Positions 1 to 13,720 of a stretch of 64,000 nucleotides of DNA are shown here, piece after piece. Within the stretch, counting starts at the first letter, position 1. Each line of letters opens with the position of its first letter. A model generated the notes under the pieces. That model searched no databases. It was not told where the DNA came from and saw only the letters and a list, made by a program, of their open reading frames with translations. A program made the position numbers and the translations under genes. Origin of the DNA: Mobula hypostoma (taxonomy: Eukaryota); contig NC_086097.1 in the NCBI RefSeq assembly GCF_963921235.1, positions 58,528,001 through 58,592,000 on the forward strand. The letters are read 5' to 3'.

Positions 1-299
1 GGACAGAAAGTAGAGAGAAATTATGAATGGGAAAAGTGGTTTATCCAAGAAATGGATGAAAGTAACCACTATTGCTTTGTGATTTATCTAAAGACGTACC
101 CAGATGAAATTTGATGCAGAGAACTGTTAAGTTGTAAAGATTTGGGACAAGAAGGAGGAGAGGCAATATAAACTGAAATGGTTCAATGTCAAAGAAGTTC
201 AGGACAATACACCACTGGACAGGCTCTTTGGCCAATGATGATCTTGATGCCAATTTGTATTAAACATGCTCCTGTGTATTATCTGTACCCCTACATTCC

Positions 300-1780
300 C
301 TGCATATTCCTATGTAGATAAAAAAAAACCTAAACTTCTCCAAACTGCCTGTAACCTATTTCAGGTACCTACCACTCTCTACACAAAAAAAACTCCCCCT
401 CCCCCCACCCCCAACCTTAAAAGCATGCCTACTGGTGTTTGGCATTTCTACCTTGGAGGAAATGATTCTGACTGTCTACCCTATCTCAGCCTCTCATAAT
501 TTTAAATGCTTCCATCATTATCCCTCCTCAGCTGCTGATGCTCTAGGAAGAACAACCAAGTTTGTCCAATTTTTCCTTTAGATCATACTCTCTAATCCAG
601 GCAGCATTCGGATAAATCTCTTCTGCAGCCCTTGCGCAGTCCCCACATGCTTCCAATGTGTGGGCTGAGTGAAGTTTTATGTAGCCACAACAATGGTTCC
701 CTACTCTTATACTCAGTACCATTACTAATGAAGGCAAGCATGCCATATGCCTTTTTTTTAAACCACTTTATCTATCTACATAGCCGCTTTCAGGAACCAT
801 GGACTTAGAACCCAAGATTCATTTGTACCTCAATGCTATTAAGAAATCTACCTTTAACAGTATACTTTCTCCTTTCATTTGACCTCACAGTGCAATACAT
901 CACACTTCCCTGAATTAACCTCTGACAACTCTGTGTCCATATCTGTAAATGAACTATACCCCACTATATTATTTGTTAGTCCCTTGCACCATCCACAGCC
1001 CCCAGCAATGTCACGTGCTTCTTCCAATATTCTGGGATATATGTAATCAGACCTGGGGACTTGTACACCCTAATGCTTCTCCGGAGTCCCAGCACTACCT
1101 TCACCTAATCTCAAAATATCCCAGCACAGTAGCATGCCCCACTCTGTTTTCAATACCCTCCAATTCCTTCTCCTCGGTAAATACTGACACAAAGTACAGT
1201 ATTTATTTAATACTTTGATCACTTGCTCATACTCCAAGCACCAGTCCTTCCCACCCTTCTTGAGAGATCTACCCTCTCCTTAGATACCCTACTTTTCTTA
1301 ATATAAGTATAAAATACCTTGGGATAATCTTTAATATCTTGTGGTACCTTTAGGCCTTCCTAATCACCTGCTTGAGCACTTCCCTGCAATCTTTACATCC
1401 CTCAAGGAGCCCAATACGATTTTAGCTTATGTATGTTTCTTTATTTTACCTGACTAAATTCTGGACCTCTCAGGTTCCCTTCTCTTACTATCCTCATTCT
1501 CGCCCCCTACTGGAACAATCCAACCCCTAACTCTGATCAGCTGTTTTTTAAACAACTCCCACATGTTTGACATGGACTTCTCCGACAGCAGTTGCTCCCA
1601 ATCAAAACCCCTTGGTTCCTATTTTATCCTATTGTAATTTATCCTTCCCCAATTTAGTACCTTCCCAAAGATCTAATTTTATCCATACTTATAGCTATCT
1701 TAAAACATAATGAGCTGTGGTCACTATTTCTAAAATGTTCAGCCACTATTAGATCAGTCACCTGGCTTGGCTCTAACTAG
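300..1780 (-). mobile_element. Degraded CR1-type LINE fragments
   Basis: The reverse complement resembles the CR1 RT C-terminus and ORF2 seen intact elsewhere in the window; no open frame; boundaries approximate. Confidence 0.55.
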
Positions 1781-3879
1781 CTTTAGTATTTTTTCTAGTT
1801 GTACTCTCTGCACACTGTTTCAAGGACCCCTCCATTTCAAGAAGGTTGTGATTCGTGTACACAGTTTTGGAAGTGACAGGACAAGTCGATGCAGATGTCG
1901 AGACTAGTGCTTTATAAATAGAGACATATGGTTTAAAAGCAAGAACATTATACTGAACATCATTGGTTAAAATGTTGAACACAACACTTCAGGAAGGATG
2001 TTAAGACCTTGAAAAGGATGCAGAGTCAACTTGCCATAATGATACCAGAAAGAATGGCTTCCATTAATGAAGGAAAGATAGTCCTGCTTAGTACTAAGAA
2101 GATGAAGGTGCAACATTTTGAGAGTTTCAAAATTGATAAAGCAAATAAAGAATGCTTTCCACTCGAGTGAATCAGTGACTAATGGTCAAAAGAACCAGTG
2201 AGAACGTGAGAATTTGTGGTACACTACCTGTCATAATCTAGACTGCACTGCATGAGAGTGTATTCAGCAACAACTTGTATGAGGGAATTGCAAAATATGT
2301 AAATTCCTAATGTACTGAGCTATGAGGAAAGAATGAGAGAATGGGATTAATTGGACAACTTTTAAACATACGTACAGGAATGATGGCTGAATTGGTTCCT
2401 TTATTCTGTATAATTTTGATTTTGCATGAGTTTATTAGAGAAGATCCTTTAAGAAGTTACATTTGTACGTGTTAGTCTGGGGCTCCAAATAATTGGTGAC
2501 GTGCCTTTTGTCACATCATTTCAGCAATGACAAGTGCTTTCTTTCCCCAATACAGGCCATCTCTCCTTGTAGTCTCCTCCCCCACCTCTGTTGTATATCC
2601 TCATCTGCAGGAAACAATTTCTGTTTTTTTCTTTCAGTTACAAACCAGCCCATGCAGCTGCTCTCAATATGTCTTCTGGGATTGTTGGCAGTCGAACACA
2701 TGTTTCGGGCAATCTTTTATCTCGATGGGATGAGTGCTTTCACTCATTCTTTCAAGCAAAGATAAAGTGATTGTTATTTTTTTCCCCAAAGAAATTTAAA
2801 TAATTCAGTTCAGAAGGGATATTATACTGAGAAAAAGGGGAAGCCTGCTGGTCTAGGGTCACGTAATGCCGCTTTGGGTCATAGATAGGGGGTGGGGATG
2901 TTTAGCTCTGGGATTTGAAAAACAGAATAAGGAAAATCACTGTTCCGATTCAATGGAAAATGAACTGTACATACTAGTCTGTTGCATAAGAAAATTAAAA
3001 TTTAAATATATTTGATTTATTTTATAAATTGTTTTGTGTAAGGATGCAGCAATAGTTGGTAAATTAGTTTCAAGCAATGGTACAATGATGCCACCATACG
3101 CCCTGGCTAAGAATTGCAGGTTCAAGCTGCAAGTTGGAAAATTCATGTTTATTTTCCCTATAAATGTATTTTAATATGTAATTTTTGCAAAATAGTTTCC
3201 AGGGGTAGAAACGTATTATTTTGCTAAGTTATCTTTTTTTTTGCATCAATAGTTGCAAAAGATTGGAAGTAGTTGAGGGGAAAATTAGCACCTCTGCTGC
3301 CAGAGGGATTGTTGACATGTCAACAGAATGGGGATATGGGCAATATAAAGAGTTGAGGAGGGGTGAGTTAGGAGCTGGCAAATGAGAGGTCAATCCTAGA
3401 GATGAGGGGTAATAGACAGCTGGAGTCAAGTGGAGAAGGGAGGGGTAGAGATAGTGGGAGGCTGGGAGGTGATAGTGGAGACAACCAAGGGCTCCAAATT
3501 CTGGAATCCTATAACATGGCGATGAGTAAAGCCAGAGGAGGAGCATGGTGGGCAAATAGAAAGGGTTGTTGTTATTGCATTATTGGCACGTCTTTTTCCT
3601 CAACAATATTTATTCTAATTCCTAAACTTGTGTAATTTTCTATATTAATATTCATAATTAAATTATATGGAACAGAAACACAAACATTCTGTTCCTAATT
3701 ATTTTCTCTAATACGAGAACCAGAAAATAAAAACAAGGATTCCTCTTGTAATGCTCACTATACACTCCTGCCAGAAAGGGAAATAGAAAGCTGATATTTT
3801 GTTAAACTCTGATGTAATCTGAGATGACCTTCTTCACAGTATACACTGCCAATCCTCTAATTTACTAATCATGCCATTG

Positions 3880-4590
3880 TCACCAAATATGGTTAATATA
3901 GATGACAAACACCACCAGTTTCTGTGGTACACGACTGGTCACAGGCCTCCAATCTGACAATATGTGGGGAATTGGTAGTGTCCCTGATGACCATGTGTTC
4001 AGGAAGTGAAGCAGCTCTTCAAAAACTGTCAGTACAGCCGAAGACCATATCATGTTTAGTGAGGTGGTCACACCACAAGCAGTGGCTGCATTGGTAGAAA
4101 AGCAGTAGGTGATCACCAGGAGACATAGGACAACAGTGCATCCCCTCACAAACAGATTTACCAATTTGGATACTGAGAGAAAAACCACAATGGCTAGGTT
4201 TGCGGCACCTGGCCAGCTCTGCTGCACATCTGGGGAGATTTGTTCTCGTTTCTGTGGCCACAAATGCCACTTAAATGGTGTTTTGCCTTCCTGGTGCCAG
4301 ATCTTCATTCTAAAGGGGAAAGTCGAACGGCATTTGTCATGATGCATACGAACATGGATGAAGTCCTGCAATATGAATTTAGTAATAGCATATTAAAGAG
4401 CAGGACCTCAAAGGCTACAATGTCTGGATTGTTGGATTGTTTCCTATGCTAAGTGCTCCTGAGAAAAGAATAGGATAGATCAGATGAATGTAAGCTAAAG
4501 GGACAGTGTAAAAGGGAAAGCTTTATTTTTTTTCAATAATTGGATAGGTTTCTGAGGCAGGGCAGGGCAGACTGCAGCTGAACTGGAAAA
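3880..4590 (+). mobile_element. Old CR1 LINE, ORF1 part (zinc finger/esterase), continues at 9383
   Basis: Decayed motifs MWG..VPDDHVFRK, IPLTNRFTNLDT, RFCG..(M)VFCLPGAR typical of CR1 ORF1. Confidence 0.65.
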
Positions 4591-4591
4591 A

Positions 4592-5126
4592 GTTCAATGT
4601 CTTTGTTGAATGGCACAAAACTTGCTACAGCTGAATGAAGGCAAGTCTGAAGTTGTCCTATTTGGCCCTCCCGACTCCATCAAAGTGATTACCAACAGCC
4701 TTGGTAACCTGTCCACCCTTGTCAAACCCCATGTCAAAAACCTTGGTGTGATATTTGATTCCGCCTTTAAGTTTGACAAGCAAGTTAATGCAGTAGTAAA
4801 AGTCAGTTTTCTTCCAGCTTTGTGCTATTGCCAAAATCAAGTCTTTTCTCTCTTTCAAAGATCTCGAGAAAGGCATCCACGCCCTTATATCCTCCCGCTT
4901 GGACTATTCCAACTCCCTGCATACTGGGATTAGTCAGTTGTCCCGCCTGCAGATGGTCCAGAATACCGCAGCCAGATTCCTGACAGGTGCATGAAAGAGG
5001 GACCATTTTACTTCTACCCTGGCCTCTCTCCACTGGCTACCAGTATGGTTTAGAATTGATTTTAAGGTTCTCCAGTTTGTTTTTAAAGCCCTAAGTGGGC
5101 TGGTCCCCTCCTATATTGCAGACCTT
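4592..5126 (+). mobile_element. L2-clade LINE, 5'-truncated (left half, split by L1)
   Basis: MAQNLLQLNEGKSEVVLFG...VKNLGVIFDS..., RLDYSNSL, LASLHWLPV...IDFKVL: L2-type post-RT region. Confidence 0.8.
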
Positions 5127-8100
5127 TTTTAAAATTATTTTTATAATTTTTTATTGAATTTCATCAAACAAACATTTCCACAAGATGTATTTCAGATACT
5201 GTACATATATATCATATAATCATATATGTTACAAATCTCCACATAATATTTATCTGAGGTATACACTTAGAGAAAGGAGAGGAAAGAAAGAACAATCAAA
5301 AGAAGAAAACTATATACAGAGTAGGGAGTGATTTTTTATTTTTACAACATATTCATTGACTTGTGAGAATAAAATCAGGCCTATGAGGTGTTATGTAGTT
5401 AAACCATTTTTTCCAGTATGAATAAAATTGTTGCAACTTATTAACAGATCCTGTTATCTTCTCCATTTTGTAAACGTCCATTGTAATTTCCATCCATACA
5501 TTTAAAGTTGAGCTCTCCTGTGATAACCATTTCCTGGTAAGGGTCTTTTTACCAGCCACCAGCAGTATATTCATGGAATATTTATTTCTTTTCAACCATT
5601 CTTGAGGTATAAACCCAAAATATATGGTCTTACTCTCTAAGGGTATTTCACAATTAAAGATGTCTTGTAGGGCATTATGTATCCCACTCCAATAGTCTTT
5701 GATAACGGGGCATTCCCAGAAAATATGATAATGGTTTGCATTTTGATTTCCACAATTTCTCCAGTAAACAGGGAGTTTACTATCATAATGGGATTTCTGA
5801 GAGGGTGTAATAAAATATCTTATCAAGTTTTTCCACCCAAACTCCTCCATTTCTGTGAACTGATACACTTCCATTGATACCTCCATATTATTGTCCATTC
5901 TTCCTCAGATATTATTATCCCTCCTTCCGTCTCCCATTTTGTTTTAATGTATGAAGTCGAATGTGTTTTAAGATTTGCCAAACCCTTATACACGCTTGAA
6001 ATTATTCTACCACCGTTGTCTGAATTATATGCTTTTCTAAATAGCTCTATCTGACATGTACTTGCCTTGGTTACATTTTTAACCGTCCTATTAACATACT
6101 GTCGCATCTGTAAATACCGGTAAAAGTCTTGTTTTTCTAGTAAGTGTTTCTCTTTGAGCATTTCAAAACTGGACAGTGTCCATTCTTTCATTATATTGCA
6201 AATAGCTGTTATTCCTTTTGCTGTCCAGTCCTTAAATCTAGCATCCAGTTTATTCGGCGTAAAATCTGAGTCATATGCACACCATTTAAGAATTGCAATG
6301 TCTCTCTCTCTAGTTTGTATTCTTTTATAATAGTTTTCCATATTTTAAGAGTCCATTTCACCCACAGGTTGTCAATATTATTTATGTAACTTTGTAGGTT
6401 GTTATCAGCCAAAATTGCCTGTATGGGGATGGAAAGTATCCTCTCCTCATTGTTTTTCCATTGAGCACCATATGATGGGTTGCACCAGCATATCACAGCC
6501 TCTCAACTGTGCTGCAAAGTAATAATCTCTAAGAGAAGTTAGGCCCCATTCCCCCTTTTCCTTGGCTAATTGCAAGGTTTTGAGACGAACCCTAGGCCTT
6601 TTACCTTGCCATATATATCTTGATAGCATCTTGTTCCATTCATTGAATTGATTTTGGTTAATCTCTATTGGTAGGGTCTGAAAGAGATATAGTAGTCTGG
6701 GCAGTATATTCATTTTAACAGCGTCAATCCTTGAACTGAGATCAAGAAAAGGAATTAGGTTCCATCTTGTTATAGCTTCCTTAATTTTTTTTATATATAG
6801 GCTGATAATATTATTCTGATAATTTTGCCAAATCCTTTGGCATAATGATGCCCAAATATTTGACAGACTCTGTTTGCCATGCCCAAGGATATCTACTTTC
6901 AATTTCTCTTGGTGAGCTATAGTTTTATGAAAGTAGTTGAGTTTTATCTATGTTGATCTTGTATCCTGATAATTGGCCATATTGTTCAAAGGATTGCATC
7001 AATTTAGGTGAACAGTATGTTGGTTGCCCTAGATAGATCAAAATGTCTTCTGCGTAACAAGCCAATTTATGCTCTGTCCCTTTAGTAGTAATTCCCCTGA
7101 TATCTTCATTTTGTCTGATAAATTGAGCTAATAGTTCCAGATATAATGCAAAGAGTAGCGGTGACCATGCACAATCCTCTCTCATGCCCCTTTCTGGGGT
7201 AAAACTATTATATAAATATCCATTGATTTTAATCCTGGCAGTAGGATTGTCATATAGTGCCTGTATAGTTTTAATAATTGTGTCATATAGACCAAATCTA
7301 TGTAAAACTCTGTAAAGAAAATTCCAATTAACCGAATCAAATGCCTTTTCAGCATCCATGCTTATCACTATTGCTTCAATTTCATTTTTTTAAATATGAT
7401 CTATAATGTGAAGTGTCCTTCGTATATTGTCTTGTGTTTGGCGTTGTTGTATAAAACCTGTCTGATCATTATGTGTATCAGTGTGGGTAGAAACTCTTAT
7501 ATTCGTTTGGCCATGATGGAGGTAAGTAATCTATAATCCACATTAAGAACAGATATTGGTCTAAATGACCCACATTCCATTTTATCCTTGCCTTCTCTCG
7601 GTGTAGCTGAGATTATCGCCTCCTTCCAGCTGGGTGGCATTTGCACCTTTCTTAGGGCCCAGTTCAGTGTGGGGAGTAAAACAGGAATTAACTCACTTCT
7701 AAACTCTTTATATCACTCTGCCGTATATCCAGCAGATCCTGGTGACTTGCTTAATTTAAGCCTACTAATTGCAGTTTTTAGTTCAGCTTCAGTTATGTCA
7801 GCAGTCATCATTTTATTTTGTTCTTTGCTTAAAGTGGGTAATTCTAAAGAATTCAGGAAGGTGTCAATTTGGGTTATGGTTCCCCCTGGAACATTGGAAT
7901 ATACAGTTTTGTTAAACATTTCAAAAGCTGCTTGAATTTCACTTAGCTTATTTTTTTATCACTTTTGTTCTTGGATTCCTAATTCTATGAATTGTATTTT
8001 CTGCTATCTTTTTTCTTCCAGTTTCCACGCCAGGATTTTCATAGATTTAGATCCACTTTCATAGTGTCTCTGTTTCAGAAACATTAATTGTTTTTCCAAT

Positions 8101-8858
8101 TTCTTGCATAGCCAAACTATTAATTTCATTCCTAATTTTTTAATTTCCTCTAGGGTATCCTGTGCCAAGCTCAATTTGTGTTTTTTTTTTCTAGTTCCTT
8201 CAGCTTATTTTGTAATTCCTCTAATGTTTTATTCCTTATATGAACATATTGCTATAATTTTCCCTCTTAAGACAGCCTTCAGAGTATCCCATAGAATGGG
8301 AGGTGAAACCTCTCCATTATCATTGAATTCTAAGTAAAGACCAATTTCTTTTTTAATTTGTTCCTTAAAATAGGGATCATTGAGACGACTTGAATTTAGT
8401 TTCCAAATAGTATTCTTTGGCTGTAGGTCAAAATCAACAGGTGCATGGTCACTTACATCTATTGTCCCAATTCCACAGGTGATTATTTTGTCTCTATCTT
8501 TTGCAAATGTTATGAAATAGTCTATTCTTGTATATACGGAATGGGGGGCAGAATAATGAGTGTAATCCCTTCTGTCGGGGAAAAGGTCCCTCCATATATC
8601 AATTAGACTAACATCCTCAAAAAGAGTGTTAACTTTCTTATGTAAGGACTTTGTTTTGTAAGTGTTTCTATTTGGAAGGGTCTAACTTTGGTTGTAATTG
8701 TAAATTTAAGTCTCCACCACATATCGAGAGACTTTCTGTTTCCGTTACCATAATATTAGTAATTTTCTGGAAGAAACTAAAATCACTTCCTGGGGGTGTG
8801 TATATATTCAATAAAGAAACTGGATTTCCATCTATATTCCCCCTTATGAGAATATATC
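5127..8858 (-). mobile_element. L1/Tx1-clade LINE ORF2, 5'-truncated, frameshifted
   Basis: Endonuclease (GGDLN, SDHAPV), KSPG, RT (SMDAEKAFDSV, YAEDILIYL), C-terminal CCHC-like (WRNCGNQNANHYHIFWEC); T-rich tail at the left end; 12-bp TSD attgcagacctt at 5115-5126 and 8859-8870. Confidence 0.92.
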
Positions 8859-9382
8859 ATTGCAGACCTTCTAACCCCTTATTCTACTTTCAGGTTCCTC
8901 CGATCGGCTGACTTAGGGCTCCTGGCTGTCCCAAGATCTAAATTTAAGTTCACCTCAGGGATGACTGCTCCTTTGCTGTTGTAGCCCCTAGACTGTGGAA
9001 CAGCATTCTCCGCCTATCAGATCTGCCCCCTCCACTGACCTTTTTAAGTCCAGGCTCAAAACTTACCTTTATTCACATGCGTTTGAATCTTCCTGATGTG
9101 GCTGATTTTTGGCTTGTGCTTAGGCTCATGTGTAGTTTATTTTGTGCCTAAAACATAGAACATAGAATAGTACAGCACATTACAGGCCCTTTGGCCCACA
9201 ATGTTGTGCCAACCCTCAAATCCTGCCTCCCAAATAACCCCCCCATAAAAGCTGTGTGCCTTGTTGTTTATATCTGTGTTTCTTGTATTTGTGATTTTAC
9301 CTACCTGTTATGGATTGTACCGCACTTTGGTCAACATGAGTTGTTCTTAAATGTGCTTTATAAATAAATTTGACTTGACTTG
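8859..9382 (+). mobile_element. L2 LINE right half and 3' tail
   Basis: Continues the L2 frame (FAVVAPRLWNS, FKSRLKTYL) and ends taaataaatttgacttgacttg; a short reverse CR1/SINE 3' end is inserted at about 9150-9245. Confidence 0.8.
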
Positions 9383-11460
9383 TAGGAAGCTTTCCCCTTT
9401 TAGAATGCTTGAGCTATTGGGAGGGTTTCAACAAATTTTGCATGAAGATGGGACACAATAAATGTACAACCAGGGTAAGAGGGAAAGTTCATTCAAATAT
9501 GTAAGAAAATCAAGGTCAGTATAGTAGGTAGAGCATGCATAAGACGCAGGAGGATAGGGAGGCCAAATTGCATCAGCAGGAGACAGAAACTGGTATGTAA
9601 ACAAATTGCAGGGAGGTTGAAGAGAAGAGTAGTGGGGGATTTCAACTTACAACTTGCATAGTATTAACTGGAATTGTCTAATATAAAAGGATTAGACAGG
9701 GTGGAATTTTTAAAGTGCACCCAAGAGAACTGCTTGTGCCAGCATACAGGTAGTCTAACTAGATCTTGGGTAGTGCTAGACTGAATGAAGTTGTGCACGT
9801 AGCTAAGTGTCAGTGGGTGAGTGTTTTGGGGATAGTAATCATAACCCAGGAAGTTTCAAAGTAATTCTGAAAAGATGACAGTCCAGAAATTACATGTTTT
9901 GAACTGGGAGATGATTGATCTTAATCTTAGGACCTAGGAAATGAAGACTGGGAACTGTGACTTGCCAGTAAACCTACATTCAGAAAGTGTGAGCAACACA
10001 CATCATATTTGATGTGTGATGCTTGAATTTCCAGCATCTGCAGAATTCCTCGTGTTTACGTTCAGAAAGTGTGAATCTTTTGAAAGCAAAATACTGAGAG
10101 TTCAAGGCCAATGTGTTCTTGTAAGGGTTAAGGATTACAGCATAAGACCATAAGACATAAGAGCAGAATTAGGCCATCTGGCCCATTGAGTCTGCACCGC
10201 CTTTCAATCATGGCTGATCCATTTTTACTACCACCTCCTCAACCCGTTCCCGGCCTTCCCCCTGTAACCTTTGATGCCATGTCCAATCAAGAACCTATCA
10301 ATCTCTGTCTTAAATACACCCGACAACCTGGCCTCCACAGCTGCATGTATCATGTCCTGGAATATTGGAGGTTTGATAAAGGGAACACATACAGCACACT
10401 TAAAAATGAGGACGGCCCTTCAGAGAGTGTAGAGGTGCTTTTAAAGATAAATTAGAGGTCAAAGAGGGGCCACAAAATATCACTGAAAGATAGGATTAAA
10501 GAAAATCCCAAGGTATTTTGTGAATTAGTATGAATAACAGTGTGACCAGAGGAAGAGTGGGCAAGATCTGAAAGTAATACTTTTTAACTGTATTCACTAA
10601 GGAGGGAAAATATGGTACTTAGAGATTTTCATTGGGAAGGGAAGGTTTTAGAGCATGTGAAGATTAAAAATGTGATGTATTAGAAGGCATAAAGTAAATA
10701 AATTCCCAGGGCCTGATGAGATGCATCCCAGACTGCTATAGGAGGCAGGGGAAGATGTTGTTGGAGACTTGATGGAAATATTTAAATCTTCACTGACTAC
10801 ACGTGAAGTTCCAGAGGACTAGCAAATAGCAAATGTGGTACTTAATTCAAAAGAGCACCAGGGATAGGCCAGTCAGTAAGTCAACATGATTGGGAAATTA
10901 GTGGAAAAAAATGGAGGGACATGATTAATCTACCTCTGAAATGGCATGGATTGATCAGCAATAGTCATCACAGATTTTTTTAAGTCAGAGATTCTAAATT
11001 ATGCATTAAATTCCACGTTTTTGAAGAGGTTACTAATTATATTTAAGCGTGCAGTTTGGATGTGGTTTATAGATGTAAGGCCTTTTAGTTCCCATGCGGA
11101 AGGCTGGTCCAAAAGATGACAGCCCATGGGATGCAAAAAGACTTAGCCAATTGGATCCAAAATTGCCTTGGTAATGAGTGGCAGAGAATGGTGGTGGCGG
11201 AGGAGAGTTGATTTAATGACTAGAAACCTGTGAACAGCAAGAACTCCATGCCACTGGACCCTTACTGTTTGATGTGATTGGCAGCAGGCATGAAAATCAG
11301 TGGCTTTGATAGTGAGGAGGATAGTCTTAGGCTATGGAATGATCTTGATCAGCAGGTAAAATGGTAAGAACAACTATTTAATCTTGATGCACTTTGGAGG
11401 GTCTTGAAAGAGTAGGACATGTACCATGTTGGTAGGTCCTTGGGGTTGTTTTGGAAGACT
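9383..11460 (+). mobile_element. Old CR1 LINE ORF2 (continuation of 3880-4590)
   Basis: Decayed VVGDFN, G-D-SNHN, PGPDEMHPRLL, VPED-QIANVV and PHGRLVQK-like motifs; reverse CR1 3' end inserted at 10141-10345. Confidence 0.65.
9993..10056 (+). mobile_element. Mini fold-back Penelope end
   Basis: gcaacacacatca..tttgatgtgtgatgc hairpin plus Penelope tail; flanking duplication ttcagaaagtgtga (9979-9992, 10061-10074). Confidence 0.7.
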
Positions 11461-12599
11461 GAAAATGGATGATTTATTGTGCTTTATGAAATTGTCAAGT
11501 TTTAAATAATTGCAAACTGATAAATTTTTGACCTCTGCAATTAATAATTTGAATGTTCTTTGGTGCTAAAAGACCAGCAATGTTTGTGGGTCACAAAGAT
11601 TTCAACAGTTGCACTCTTAAAACTTTGGAATGTGGCCTTTGTGGCTATTTGTAATTCTTCTTAATAAATAAAGCTCACAAAATGAATACTATTTCAAAAA
11701 TATCTACAAAGCAACCATTTTATTTCTGACTTCCATTTAAGACAATTGAAGTGGTTGTATTTTAATCGTGCTCACGTGGTCACAAATAATTTAATGTAGA
11801 GTGTCTAAATAAAATATATAGACTAAAATGTATGTTTTTGTAATGACACAGTATACTGGTAATACTGCTACTGACATTAAATATTTCTTGAATTAATCTT
11901 AATTATAGACTAGAGTATATTGATAAATACAACACTATTCAGTAGTTTGGCACCAGACGATAAATTAAACTGCCATCTGTTTGGACAAAAACTCTTGCAT
12001 CATTCCCTTAGAAACTAAAGAAAATATTAAAAATAGACAAAATACAGAATTTACAAAATAAGCTCCACAAACATTGACAAATTCTCAAAGTTACATATTA
12101 TCATGCTAAACTCTGAATAGCTTCATTGCACCATTTCATCCCAAAGGACCATCAAAGAATGAAATTGATTGCAGCAATCTTTTGACATTTAAGGCTTTAT
12201 AACAGACAATAAGTTCTGGACCAAGGAACTGCAAAGTATTGGCATTAAAATATATTGTATATATATCATATGTTTTAATGAATTTTAATTAGAATTATTT
12301 TAATATGTACCATAAAACAGTGAAAAACAATCAGATTCATATCCCAGTGAAATTGAGTGATTAGTTGTGATTTGGCTTTTCTATCAATTGTAAATAGGCA
12401 AACAGCAATTCATAAAGTACATGTATTTTTAATATCAATACTAGTTATTTTTATATTGAGTTTCATCTAATTTTGGCACATTATTGATGACTGTAGAGAA
12501 GAAACACTTATTAGTCTTACAGAATGCTGGTATTAATTGAATACTTTTTTTGGTGTTAACAGTTGTTTAGAAAAGCTTCATGCAATTGAGCTAAAGTCA

Positions 12600-13720
12600 A
12601 CTTGGTCTTATGAAAAGGAAATCATGTTTGAATAATTTTGAGTTGTATATGATAAGCAGATCAAAAGGAGAAAGCTTAAAGATGGATTTGGATTTCTGGC
12701 AAGTAATTAAAAGTATCCCACATAAAAATCTGGTGTACAAGAACTGCCTTGGGTTAATATTTCAGGGCCAAAACAACAACATAGAAGAAAGGGAAGTTGA
12801 AAGAAATGGGTGTTTCTTAAACAGGAAAGATATAACTGTTGAGTGCCCAAGAAATGGTCTTTAAGCTTCAATTTGTACTCTCAACCCTCAAAACCCTATA
12901 CAACTTGTATTATTGATTTTAGGAGGCACCAAAGTATTTAATTTTGAGGGGATTGAGGAGAATATTTGGATTCTATAACAGCAGAATATTTGAATAAATG
13001 GGACTAAAACTTGGCAAGTGGACTCTTATGGAGGAAAGTGAGTGTATTTTGGTTAGAACAATTCAAAAGCAGATTTCTCTAGAGTGCAAATGAGTGAAAC
13101 GGGGGAGATTTACATGTTCTTATGTATGAAAAATAATGTTAGCATGCAAGTACAGGTAATTACGAATGCAAACGATGCATTAGTCTTCATTGTTATGCAG
13201 CTGGAATTTATAGATATTCCAATTGTATAGGGTGTTGCTGAGGCTGGACCTGCAGTACTATGTACAATTTAGGTCCCCTTATTAAAGGGCTGTACCACCA
13301 ATGTAGGTAAACTGGAAGTAGTTCATTACGGCGAATTCCTAGGATAAGAGGATATATCCAACAAAAAAAACCTTTAAAAACATTATATATTTTGGAATTT
13401 GAAATTAAGTATGATCTTGTACATTTCAATAAGATCCTAACGTGGCACAGCAATGTAGATGTTGAACTTCTAGTGGGAGACTCAAACAAGAGGGTAATCA
13501 TTTAAAACAAAAATGCACAGGAATTTCTTACCACAGTGTAGTGAATTTCTGGAATTTTTTTCCAGAGATGTGGATAGAGAGGAGGTAGATGAATTTTTGA
13601 AAAAACAAGTAATTGAGGGCTGTGTGGAACAGGCATAGAAAATGATTGAGGCCTGGGGCAGATTGACCAGTCATGAATGGCAGGCTTCAAAGGGCACATG
13701 GCCTTTTCCTGTTTCGCTGT
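12600..13720 (+). mobile_element. Degraded CR1 LINE 3' part
   Basis: KSCLNNF, LDF..V..IPH and LYRVLLRLDLQYYVQF-like remnants followed by a CR1 3' UTR. Confidence 0.55.
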
